Of a stretch of 64,000 bases of DNA, positions 10,122 through 20,100 are shown one piece after another. The position numbers were made by a program, and so were the translations under genes. The notes under the pieces were generated by a model. The model was not told where the DNA came from, ran no database searches, and saw nothing but the letters and a program-made list of their open reading frames with translations. Position 1 is the stretch's first letter. Each line of letters opens with the position of its first letter. This DNA comes from a virus: positions 3,463 through 67,462 of IMG/VR virus record IMGVR_UViG_3300043639_000076; one strand, given 5' to 3'.

Positions 10122-10622
10122 ATGCAAAACGGGGAACTTAACGGGAGCGCGGGCGGTGATTCGTTCGATCTCGATGATCTGAGATCGACCGACACCGACG
10201 AACTGGCCATCGTGCATCCCAAAACGGGTGAAGTGACGACGTGGATCTGGACGCTGGCCGGCCCAGGTCATCCACGTTCGATCGAAGCGGCGAACATCGC
10301 CGCGCGCGAGGCGCTGCGGGTGCAGCGGCTGCGCGAACAGGCCATGGTGAACCGGCGCAAGTGGATCGAGCCGGATCGCACACCAGACGAAATGCGGCGC
10401 GAGAACGCGGAAAGCTTCGCCATTCGCGTTCTCGACTGGACGCCGGTCAGGCTGAGTGGCAACGACTATCCCTACTCCAGGGAAAACGTGGTCAAGCTGT
10501 TGCTCGATCCGTCATTCGGAAAGATTTACTTGCAGTTGCTGGAGTATTTCAATTCGGATGAAAGTTTTACCAGACACTCGGCGCGGAACTCACCGACTTC
10601 GCCGAGTGTGAATTCCGACTGA
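10122..10622 (+). CDS. Tail assembly chaperone (G)
   Basis: HPKTGE..WIWTLAGPGHP; position between tube and tape measure. Confidence 0.75.
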   Translation: MQNGELNGSAGGDSFDLDDLRSTDTDELAIVHPKTGEVTTWIWTLAGPGHPRSIEAANIAAREALRVQRLREQAMVNRRKWIEPDRTPDEMRRENAESFAIRVLDWTPVRLSGNDYPYSRENVVKLLLDPSFGKIYLQLLEYFNSDESFTRHSARNSPTSPSVNSD

Positions 10623-10960
10623 GCGCCACCGACAAGAATGGCGTGACCTGGCGGGACACGCTGGAGGGGTTGGTGAAGCGAACCCGGCGCAATGAAAAGC
10701 GCGCCGAGTACGAGGCGGAACTGTGGATGCCGGAATTCCCCATGTCGGCGATGTATCTGTGGCGGGTTTTCCACCGGATACGCAGCCGCAAGGGGGGTGC
10801 CGGCATGGGCATTTCGCCTTTGGAATGGCCTGACATCGAGGCGTTCTCACGCCTGTCGGGCATGCGCCTGTTGCCGTGGGAGGTCACCATGATCGAGAAG
10901 ATGGACGACCTCTGGCTGCGAAGCATGGCGGAAGCCACGCGGAGCAACGCCGATGTCTGA
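10562..10960 (+). CDS. Tail assembly chaperone -1 frameshift extension (GT)
   Basis: The -1 frame relative to G opens right after TGA 10559-10561 at AAGTTTT and reads KFYQTLGAELTDFAECEFRL...PLEWPDIEAF..L.PWEV..I..MDD. Confidence 0.75.
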   Translation, partial: KFYQTLGAELTDFAECEFRLSATDKNGVTWRDTLEGLVKRTRRNEKRAEYEAELWMPEFPMSAMYLWRVFHRIRSRKGGAGMGISPLEWPDIEAFSRLSGMRLLPWEVTMIEKMDDLWLRSMAEATRSNADV

Positions 10961-13900
10961 AACCCGGCGGGTCGTCACCGAGATCATCGTTGATGCCCGC
11001 CAGGCCGAGGCGGGTCTGGCGGCGGTCGCGGCGGCATCGCGCGCGGCGCAGCGCGAGTTCGACAAGCACATCGCCAAGACCCTGGAAATCGACGCCGCCA
11101 ACAAGCGGGTCAAGCAGTCGGGGAAAGAAGCCTCCGAGGTACTGACCCTCTCGGCGGCGGGCCTGAACAGAGCCGCCACGGCGGCGGATGCCTATCGTGG
11201 CCGGCTCGATCCCCTGGTGTTCGCTCAGAACGCGTTGGGTAAGGAACTAAAGAACGTCGGAGCGGCGATCACGGCCACCGACGCGCTGTTGCTGAAACGT
11301 AAGATCTCCGACACCGAGGCGATCGAGCGAACTCAACAATTCAAGCTTCGTCAGGCCGAACTGGCTGACGTGATGGACAAACTAACAGCCAAAACCATCA
11401 GCGTCGCCGACGCGCTGACCTACCTGAAGACGGCGCACGAACGCGCCAGCGAGCCGGCCAAGGTCGCCGCCGTCGATGCCGACGCGCTGCGACTGAAATA
11501 CGACAAGCTGTATGCCTCGCAAAAGATATATGCCCAGGCGGTCAAGGACATCATCGCGGCGCGGAACGAGGAGAAGATCTCCATCGATCTGGCCAAGGCG
11601 GCGCTGCAACAGGAGGTCGAGGCGCTCAACGCGCGCGACGCGGCGATCAAGAAGGGAGCCACCGGCGGCGGCGACGCCGAGGCGGCGCGGCTTCAGGCGT
11701 TGCGGCTTAAATACGACGATGTCTATCGGATCGCGAAACAATACAAAGATGCCCTGAACGATATCGCCGAGGCGGAAGAAAAGGCCGGCCTGGGTTCCGT
11801 CGAAGCCACCGCGGCGCGGGAAAAAGCCCGCCTCTCCATGGAAACCTCCGTCGCGACCCTTAAGAAAAGCATGGCGGGTCCATCCGCCGCCGACACCGCG
11901 GCGGAAATGAACAAGCTGCGCGCCAGCATCGATCCGCTGTTCGCGACGTGGCAGAAATATCAGGCCGAACTGACCAAGATCGCCGAGGTGGAAAAGAAGG
12001 TCGGCGGGATCACCAACGAGGCGAACGCGGCGCGCGCGCGCGCCCTGACCACGTATCAGAAAGAGGCCGACGCGATCATCGGTGTCGGCAAAGGTCACGA
12101 AGACCTCGACAAAAAGATGAAGGACGGCACCGCGTCGGCGGGTCAGATGAAGTTCGCCACGCAGCAGTTGACCGTGCAGATGAGCCAGATGTTCTCTGGC
12201 ATCGCCACCGGCCAGCCGATTCTCATCACGCTGATCCAACAAGGCCATCAGGTCGCCGACGTGATGTGGGCCACCGGCACCAGCGTCAAGCAGCTTGGCG
12301 AACAGTTCATGACGGTGCTGAGTGGCGCGCTGAAGGCGATGACCAGCCCCATGGGCCTCCTGATCACCGGTGCCGCCGCTCTCGTCGGCAGCTTCATCCT
12401 CCTGGTGAAGTACGCGGAAGACGCGGCACAGGCGTTCAACGACCTGAAGGTATCGCTGTCGGCGACGCGCGGAGACTATGGCGCGGTCGCCGAAACCATC
12501 GAGAAGGATTCTCGCCGCATCGCCGCGTCACTGGGCCTGTCGCGCGACGAAGTGACCAAGACCATGGGGTCGATCGCCGCTCTGCCGCTGCCGGCCGGCC
12601 TGAACTCCAGCCTGGAGGATCTGACCCGCACCGCGGCGAACCTGGGGACGGTGCTGGGCAGCGGTCTGGCCGGCGGGCTGAAGAGCGTCAGCGCCGCGCT
12701 GGAAGACCCCAAGAAAGCCGCCGAGGCGTTCGCCGGCACGGCGACCGGGCTACGCACGCTGAGTGGCGCGTTGCTGCGGAACATCTCGGACCTGCAAAAC
12801 GCCGGCGACAAGGTCGGAGCCACCAACGTGTTGCTGGTGGCGATGAAGACGTCCGCCGAGATCGCCGAGAAGCAGGGGCTGACGCCGCTGGGGCTGGCGA
12901 TGCGGCACCTCAACGAGGCATTCGTTGACGGCAGCAAGAACGGCAAGAATTTCTTCAAGGATCTGGGTGAGGGGCTTGGCGGCGCGGTCGCCAAGGCGAT
13001 CGAGGGTGTCGCTCTTCTCGTTGGCGGCATCAACAAACTTTACGAACTGGCCGGGAAGATCCCTGGCGGCGTGACCACGCTTGGGACGATCCTGTTTCCC
13101 TTCGCCGGAGCCGCCACCGCCGCGTTCGGCATCGGCAACGGCATCACTGATTTCTTCAATCCCGGCAACGGCTCGGGCGGGCTGATCACGGGTGCCAAGA
13201 ACTCGACCGCCGCCGACCTGGCTCTGGTCGAGAAGTGGCGGCAGGATCCGAGGGCGGTGCGGACGGCGGTGTCGCCGGCCAACGCGCTCGGCGTGGGTCA
13301 GTTGATCCCCGGCACGGCGGCGGGTGAGGGCGTCAACCCGATGATCCCCACCGAGAACATCAAGGGGATGATGTCGTATCTGCAAAAGATGCTGAATCAG
13401 TTTCACGATTTCGATGAGGCGGCGGCGCATTACAACACGGGACCGGCGGGCGGCGGGAAGAGTTCGGCGGCTGGCCAGGATTACCTGCGCGCCATGGCCA
13501 TATCCAACCCCGGCGGCATGCCGCAAACCACCATCGATTATATCGAATACTGGGGCAAATTCTTCGGTATGTCGCGGGAACAGATCGAACTCGGCAAGCG
13601 GATCGCCGCGACCGAGAACGCGGGTATGCAAGGCCCCCGCAGCGTCATGTTCAGGCATATCGATCCAGTGGGGACGGGCGGGTCGTCGGTCACCCCCGAC
13701 GTTGATCCGAACACCGGCCAGCCGCGCGTGGGCGCGAACAAGGATACCGCCGCCGGCAAGGCGCAGGTCGATGCCTACACCGCCTCCATCGAGGCGCTGA
13801 AGGAACAGCAACGCCAACTCAACAAGGCACGCGCGGAAGAAGCGATCACGGCCGACGAACACGCCAAGCGCACGGCGCAGATCACCCTGCTTATCGCCAG

Positions 13901-16900
13901 GGAAACCGACAAGATGATGGAGGCGAACCGGGCGTCGGTTCAGGGCAACGAGGTAAGCAAGCAGACGACGGCGGCGGACGCGGCGATGTTGCGGAACCGT
14001 CAGGAGATGGAGAATCAGCGCCGTAACGATCCGACCATCACCGACGCCCAGGCGGCGGGGCGACTGGCGCAACAGGAAAAGGATCTGGCGAACGCGTACA
14101 ACCAGACGGTCATTGAACTCGACAAGAAACTCGCCATCGATGACAAAGCCGCCCAGGCCGTGCTGGAGGGCACCGACGCGACGCTGAAACAGGAAGCGGC
14201 GCAACTGGCCCTGAACAAGGCCAACGAATCTTTCGTCTCCAACAGCGACGGGCATCGCGACGCGGTGGCCAACCTGACCCAGAAGTATCTGGAAGCCGCC
14301 GGCGCGACGCAGAAGATCAACGGGGCCAGGGAGCATATGGCCGCGGTGGACACGACCACCATCCTCAAGGCCGAGAGTGAGGCGCTGCACATGCAGGCCG
14401 ACGCCGGCGCGCTTTACGTGCAGCACGCCAAGGACATCATCTCGGTCAACAAAGAATATTCGCGCATGTCGCCGGAGTATCGCGCCGACCGGTTGAAGGA
14501 GCGCGACGCGCTGGCGCAACTGACTCAGGAACTGAACAACCAGCGCGCCATCGGGCAATATCTCGCCGGCCAGTTCGACACGATGTTCAGCACCATCGGC
14601 ACCGCCATCACCCAGGCGTTCACGCAGGGTCAGGGCGCGGCGGTGAACTGGGGCAACGTGACCAAGGCGGTCATCACCCAGGTGGAACAGGCGCTGATCC
14701 AACTGGCGATCATCAACCCGATCAAACAGATGTTCCTGGGGTCGTCCATCGCGTCGGCCCCGACGATCTTCGATGTGCTGGGCTATTTCGGCAGCGGAGC
14801 CACGGGTGGCGTCGGCAACACCGGCTCCGGCGCATCCGCCGGCGGTGCCAGCGGAACCAAGGGCGGTGGCCTTCTTGGCAGTCTCAGCAGCCTCGCCAGC
14901 GTGTTCTCCGGGGCCAAGACTGTCGGCGAGTTCACCGGCCTCACCGGGGCCGGCGGCATCTTCAGTTCGACCGGCCTGTTCGGTTCCGCCGGGTCGGTGG
15001 CCAACCTGTTCGCCACCCCGGTCTTTGGCTCGGTCAGCGCCACCGCGACGAACACCGCGCTCGCGGGGCTTGGTCCGGGGGTCTACGGCCCCGCCACCGC
15101 ATCGTCCTACACGGCGGCGGGTGGTGCCATACCATCGACCCTTGGCACGTTCGCCGGTCCCGCCGCTGGCGTGGTCGGCGGCTTCGCGCTGGGCAGTCTG
15201 GCGGGTGAGGGCATCCAGGGGATGCGCGGGACCACCGGACCCGCCCCAGAGATCGGCGCGGCCATCGGTGCCGGGATCGGCACCGCGATTGGCGCGATCT
15301 TTGGACCCATTGGCGCGCTTCTCGGCGGTCTGGCCGGCGGCTTGCTCGGCGGCGGTGCCGGCGGCTTCATCGGCCCGAAAAAAGCCAGCCCGTTCTCCTC
15401 CACGATGCTTGAACTCACCGATGGCCGCGCCGGTCTGGGGCAGACGCTGGGCCAGGGTGTCGATACCGCGGCGGAACGCGCCGCGCTGATGGACGACATC
15501 ACCAAGCTGAACACCTACCTGGACAACACCGGGCTGAAGCTGACCGGGCTGGGCAAGGTGGCCCAGATCGGCAGCAACACGCCTGGCGGGTTCCAGGATC
15601 CGTCGAAGTTCGCCAACCTGGGCACGGCGTTCAGCGAGCTGCGTTTTGGTTCCGCGACCGATACGGATCTGAACAAATACCTGAAGGATCGGTCGTTCAA
15701 GGATGACGCCGCGTTCCAGGAAGCGATCAAGGGCTACCGCGATCTGGTGGACAACACGATCCCCGGCCTGATGGCGTTCGGGAAAACGACCGGTAGCGTG
15801 AACGATGCGATCAAAGAACTGAACGACGCGTTCAACGCCGGCATCGCCAAGGCGAAAGAATACGGCCTCGCCACCGACGCCCTGTCCAAGGCCCAGGCCG
15901 ATGGCGAGAAGAAGATCCGCGACCAGGCCAACACCACGATCAGCAACGTCGATTTCCAGTTCCGCATGCGGAAGCGGATCGCCGAGGGCACCAGCGATCC
16001 CCAGAGCCTGGAACTGGAGAATTTCGACCAGGGTGCCAAGGAACAGCGCGACGCGTTCAAGGCGCAGATGGTCGGCCTGTTCGGCGACGCGTTCACCAGC
16101 ACGACCTATTACGCGGACCAAATGAAATTACTGGAGGAGACGCTCGGCGCGGAACGCGCGGCGATCGTCAAGCGCTACGCGGACCAGATCGTGCAGCAAG
16201 AAAAACAGATGCGGCAGATCAACGCCAACCTCGATGTCCGCGCGATGAACGCGTCGAGCGCGAGCGCCGTGGACAAGGCGTTGTTCACTTTCGACACGAA
16301 CGCGCGCCAGGAGCGCGAGTCGTTCGGCGACAGTCTGGCGGGGATTTACGGCGAGGCCTACCGGAAGACGGAGGCCTACGCCAAGGAGATGCAGCGGCTG
16401 GAAACCGTGCAGGGCATGGAGCGGGTGGCGATCGTCAAACAGTACGCCGACGCGCTGAAAGAAGCCGAGAAGAACATCATGCGCGGCGACGCCTCGTTCC
16501 GGATCAGGATCAACAACGCCACGCCTGGGATCTCCGATCTGGACAAGCGGCTGTATGCCTTCGACATCAACGCGCAAAACGAGCGCGAGGATTACGCCAG
16601 AAGCCTGATCAATGTTTACGGCGAGTCCTACGCGACCACCGTCGATTACGCCAACCACATCGCGTTGCTGGAGAAGGCGCTCGGCGCGGAGCGCCTCGCC
16701 ATCGTCACCGAGTCGAACGACGCCATCGCGCAGCAGACCGAGGCCGCTCAGAACAAGGCGGCGAGCGCCATCCAGTCGCTGGTGAACTACGCGACCGGGC
16801 TGCAAACCTCCTCCGCGTCTCCGCTGTCGGCGCAGGATCAGTACACGCTGGCGCGCAACAAATTCAACGCCGTGGCCGGTGCCGCCGCCGCCGGCGATTA

Positions 16901-17189
16901 CAACTCGATCACGCAATTGCAGGGCTTCAGCGACACCTTCCTGAACGCCTCGCGCACCGTCTATGGCTCGGGCGAGGTCTACGCCAGCGACTTCCAGCGG
17001 GTGCTGGACGCGTTGAACCAGGTCGCCTCCGTGGCACCGGATACGCTGACCGCGTCGGTGCTGGCGACCGAGACGCGCACGCAAACGGCCGAACTGGTGG
17101 CCTCGCTGGCCGACCTCAAGGCGGCGGTCGAGTCAATCACCACGCAACTGCGGCAAAACGCCACAGCCCCAGCCAGGATCGCCGCATGA
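10953..17189 (+). CDS. Tape measure protein with internal lytic-transglycosylase-like domain
   Basis: 2078 aa, Ala-rich helical; lambda-type motif QMSQMFSGIATGQPILITLIQQGHQV; SLT motifs GVGQLIPGTA and AHYNTGP; Gly-rich hydrophobic segment; three ~90-aa C-terminal repeats. Confidence 0.93.
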   Translation: MSETRRVVTEIIVDARQAEAGLAAVAAASRAAQREFDKHIAKTLEIDAANKRVKQSGKEASEVLTLSAAGLNRAATAADAYRGRLDPLVFAQNALGKELKNVGAAITATDALLLKRKISDTEAIERTQQFKLRQAELADVMDKLTAKTISVADALTYLKTAHERASEPAKVAAVDADALRLKYDKLYASQKIYAQAVKDIIAARNEEKISIDLAKAALQQEVEALNARDAAIKKGATGGGDAEAARLQALRLKYDDVYRIAKQYKDALNDIAEAEEKAGLGSVEATAAREKARLSMETSVATLKKSMAGPSAADTAAEMNKLRASIDPLFATWQKYQAELTKIAEVEKKVGGITNEANAARARALTTYQKEADAIIGVGKGHEDLDKKMKDGTASAGQMKFATQQLTVQMSQMFSGIATGQPILITLIQQGHQVADVMWATGTSVKQLGEQFMTVLSGALKAMTSPMGLLITGAAALVGSFILLVKYAEDAAQAFNDLKVSLSATRGDYGAVAETIEKDSRRIAASLGLSRDEVTKTMGSIAALPLPAGLNSSLEDLTRTAANLGTVLGSGLAGGLKSVSAALEDPKKAAEAFAGTATGLRTLSGALLRNISDLQNAGDKVGATNVLLVAMKTSAEIAEKQGLTPLGLAMRHLNEAFVDGSKNGKNFFKDLGEGLGGAVAKAIEGVALLVGGINKLYELAGKIPGGVTTLGTILFPFAGAATAAFGIGNGITDFFNPGNGSGGLITGAKNSTAADLALVEKWRQDPRAVRTAVSPANALGVGQLIPGTAAGEGVNPMIPTENIKGMMSYLQKMLNQFHDFDEAAAHYNTGPAGGGKSSAAGQDYLRAMAISNPGGMPQTTIDYIEYWGKFFGMSREQIELGKRIAATENAGMQGPRSVMFRHIDPVGTGGSSVTPDVDPNTGQPRVGANKDTAAGKAQVDAYTASIEALKEQQRQLNKARAEEAITADEHAKRTAQITLLIARETDKMMEANRASVQGNEVSKQTTAADAAMLRNRQEMENQRRNDPTITDAQAAGRLAQQEKDLANAYNQTVIELDKKLAIDDKAAQAVLEGTDATLKQEAAQLALNKANESFVSNSDGHRDAVANLTQKYLEAAGATQKINGAREHMAAVDTTTILKAESEALHMQADAGALYVQHAKDIISVNKEYSRMSPEYRADRLKERDALAQLTQELNNQRAIGQYLAGQFDTMFSTIGTAITQAFTQGQGAAVNWGNVTKAVITQVEQALIQLAIINPIKQMFLGSSIASAPTIFDVLGYFGSGATGGVGNTGSGASAGGASGTKGGGLLGSLSSLASVFSGAKTVGEFTGLTGAGGIFSSTGLFGSAGSVANLFATPVFGSVSATATNTALAGLGPGVYGPATASSYTAAGGAIPSTLGTFAGPAAGVVGGFALGSLAGEGIQGMRGTTGPAPEIGAAIGAGIGTAIGAIFGPIGALLGGLAGGLLGGGAGGFIGPKKASPFSSTMLELTDGRAGLGQTLGQGVDTAAERAALMDDITKLNTYLDNTGLKLTGLGKVAQIGSNTPGGFQDPSKFANLGTAFSELRFGSATDTDLNKYLKDRSFKDDAAFQEAIKGYRDLVDNTIPGLMAFGKTTGSVNDAIKELNDAFNAGIAKAKEYGLATDALSKAQADGEKKIRDQANTTISNVDFQFRMRKRIAEGTSDPQSLELENFDQGAKEQRDAFKAQMVGLFGDAFTSTTYYADQMKLLEETLGAERAAIVKRYADQIVQQEKQMRQINANLDVRAMNASSASAVDKALFTFDTNARQERESFGDSLAGIYGEAYRKTEAYAKEMQRLETVQGMERVAIVKQYADALKEAEKNIMRGDASFRIRINNATPGISDLDKRLYAFDINAQNEREDYARSLINVYGESYATTVDYANHIALLEKALGAERLAIVTESNDAIAQQTEAAQNKAASAIQSLVNYATGLQTSSASPLSAQDQYTLARNKFNAVAGAAAAGDYNSITQLQGFSDTFLNASRTVYGSGEVYASDFQRVLDALNQVASVAPDTLTASVLATETRTQTAELVASLADLKAAVESITTQLRQNATAPARIAA

Positions 17190-20100
17190 CGAAGATCAGC
17201 GAACTCGACCCGCTGCACGAGTTCACGCCGACCCTGGATCTAATCCCGGTTGTTCACGCCGGCAAAACTTATTCAATGCGGGTCAGCGACTTTCAGATAT
17301 CAGCCGAGGGCAGCACCTTCCTGCCCACCACCGGCGGATATTTGACCGGCCCCCTCTATTTGTACGATCTCCCAACATTTCCCAACGAAGCCGCGACCAA
17401 GGGCTACGTCGATAGTCACGTCCAGGCTGGTGGACCCTTCCTGCCCATAAGCGGCGGGCAGATGCTGGGTAATCTGTCCCTGGTGGGCGATCCCCAGGAA
17501 AGCCTGGACGCGGCCTCGAAATCCTATGTCGATTCACTGATGGCGGCGACCGCGTCGGGCGGCGTCACGGTCATGGAGTATACCATCAAGACCGTGATCG
17601 CCTCTGGCGATCCTGGCACTGGCGCGATCAACTTCAACGTATCCAATCAGAGCGACGCGACGGCGCTCTACATCGATCAGGTCAGCAACGCCGGCCGCGA
17701 TTGGACACTTTTGTTGATGGCGCTGAAGGTTGGCCAGAAGGTCAGCATCCAGCCGCTCGGCGATCATAACCGTGTCGCGCGTTGGACGATCGCCGCGCCA
17801 TCGGAAGACATGAGCGGATACACCATCCTGCATGTCACGCCGGTCAGCGCGACCGGCTTTCCGCTGCCGAACAACACCACCGTCGCCATCGCCATTCAGG
17901 GCGATACCGTCGCTGAGTTCCTACCGTTATCCGGCGGTACGATGCAGGGCGGGATTTCGTTCGGTCAGCGTTTCGGCGCGAACCTGACGGACCTGACGCA
18001 GCACATCTCTTTGTATGACGGCTGGGGCGGTTTCAACGTTACCGGCAACAGCCTCAACATGATCGCCGGTAGCGTGAACGTGTTGTCCTCTGATGGTAGC
18101 TGGCTCTACGCGAAGGCACCGATCTACCTGCCGCGCACGCCGATCGACCCATGGGAAGCCGCCCCAAAGAATTACATAGACACCAATTTCGCGCCCATCG
18201 CGAACGGTGGGTATGTGATGAAGACCGGCGACCAGATGACCGGTGCGCTTTATATCACCAGCGATACGGATGCGACGATCCGCGTGATCGGCACGGGCGG
18301 CGACTGGCCCGCGGTCAAGTGGAACACGACGACGGCGACCAGCGCCGCCGGCTATTTCGAGAGCCAACGCTACGGCAAGCCGCGCTGGAGCATCGAGTTC
18401 GGCACTGGCGGCGGCGAGCCGGGTGGCAACGTCGGCACCGACTACATCATGAACCGTTTCGATGATGACGGTAACTGGATCTCGCCGACGCCGCTCGTCA
18501 TCCGGCGCGGCACGGGTGCCATCGAAACCTACACGCCGCTGTATCTGATGGGCGACCCGACCACGGGTCTGCAAGCCGTGCCGATGCGGTGGGTGACGAA
18601 CAACTTCGCGCCCATCAAGGACGGCGGGTATGTCGCCAAAACCGGCGATGTAATGACCGGCCCATTATCGATTACCGGCACCGGAACGCTGACGATCACC
18701 GGGGAAACCAACGAACTGCCGATGTTGGTGATCGACGCGACCAACACGTTTCTGTCGAACCCGACGATCTACATCGCCAACATGGGGACGAAGAACGAAG
18801 GCTGGTGGCCGGGGATCACCTTCGATCACAAGAAGAACGTCGGCCTCGCCAACGCCCTCGCCAGCCAGGTGGACAGCGTCTCGCGCTGGGTGATCGAGTT
18901 CGGCGACAGCGCGTATGAGGCGGGTGGCAACACCGGTACCAACTTCACGCTGTTCCGTTGCGCCGACGACGGAGGTTATATCGCCGGTCCCCAGCCGCTG
19001 CATATCGAACGCTCCACCGGACAGGTGACCATTGGTGCGACGCACGGCACCTCGCCGCTGACCTTGCTCGACATCGAACAGTGGAACGCGCCGCTCAAGA
19101 CGCCGCACCCCGATACCATCCTGATGCTGAACGGGAGGGCGACCGGCCCGAACACCAACATCGAGATAGTCACCTACGGCGGCGCGAACATCATTCGCGG
19201 CTACGCGGCGGAAGGCTCGCCTGGGGCCGTGAGGGCTACCGGCCAGAACCGCAACATGCTGATCGTCACCGGCAGCGGCTACGATGGAGCGGTCTGGCAG
19301 GGCGGGCGCGGGGCCATGTGGTTCACCGCCAGCGAGAACTGGACGCCAACAGCCAACGGCACGCAAATCTCCTGGCGCACCACGCGCAATGGTCAGACCG
19401 CCCAGCAAGACTCGATGCTGTTGTCGAACGCCGGGGCACTAAGCCTCGCCTATGGTGGCCTCAGTTTTGGCAACGATACGGTCGGCGCACCCCAGGATAC
19501 CTCGCGCCACATCAACCTCTACAACGGCTTCGCCGGGTTTAGCGTCACGGGCGGAACACTCAACATCGTATCGGGCTGGGATACGCATTTCGTAAGCACT
19601 GACGGAACGGTGTTGTTGCAGCTTAACAACGCTGGCGACCTGGAACTGAAACGCGATCCGGTCTTCCCGATGCACGCCGTCAACCGGGGATGGATCGAAA
19701 CCAACTATCTGACGACCACACAGGCCGACGCTCGTTTCGTGAATGTAACCGGCGACCAAATGTCTGGTCCATTGGCGATATCGGCGAGCGGGAACGCGTG
19801 GTCCTTGTTCGTCGGCGGGAACGTGGGCGGCGCTTTCCCAGCCGCCAACTTTGGCCAGTATATCGGCTACAACGTGACCGGCGGCGGTGAGGCCAGCTTC
19901 GTCAATTCATGGGTATCCGCGCAAACCAGTTTTCAGTGGTGGCAGATGAACGCCGCTGGCAACGCGCTCATCTCGCTGGCGACACTGGGACCACAGGGGA
20001 ATTTCGCCGCCGTTGGCAACATTGATGCTGGCAGCGGCACGACCCGGAATAACAGCATCAGGGTCAACTCAGCGAAGACCAACTGGCCTGACGCCACCAG

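Noticed and set aside
12750-16121. 1123-aa minus-strand ORF, and other long antisense ORFs such as 20069-22312, 2369-3979 and 43992-45302
   Set aside because: They are shadow ORFs opposite well-supported genes in high-GC DNA, with no recognisable motifs
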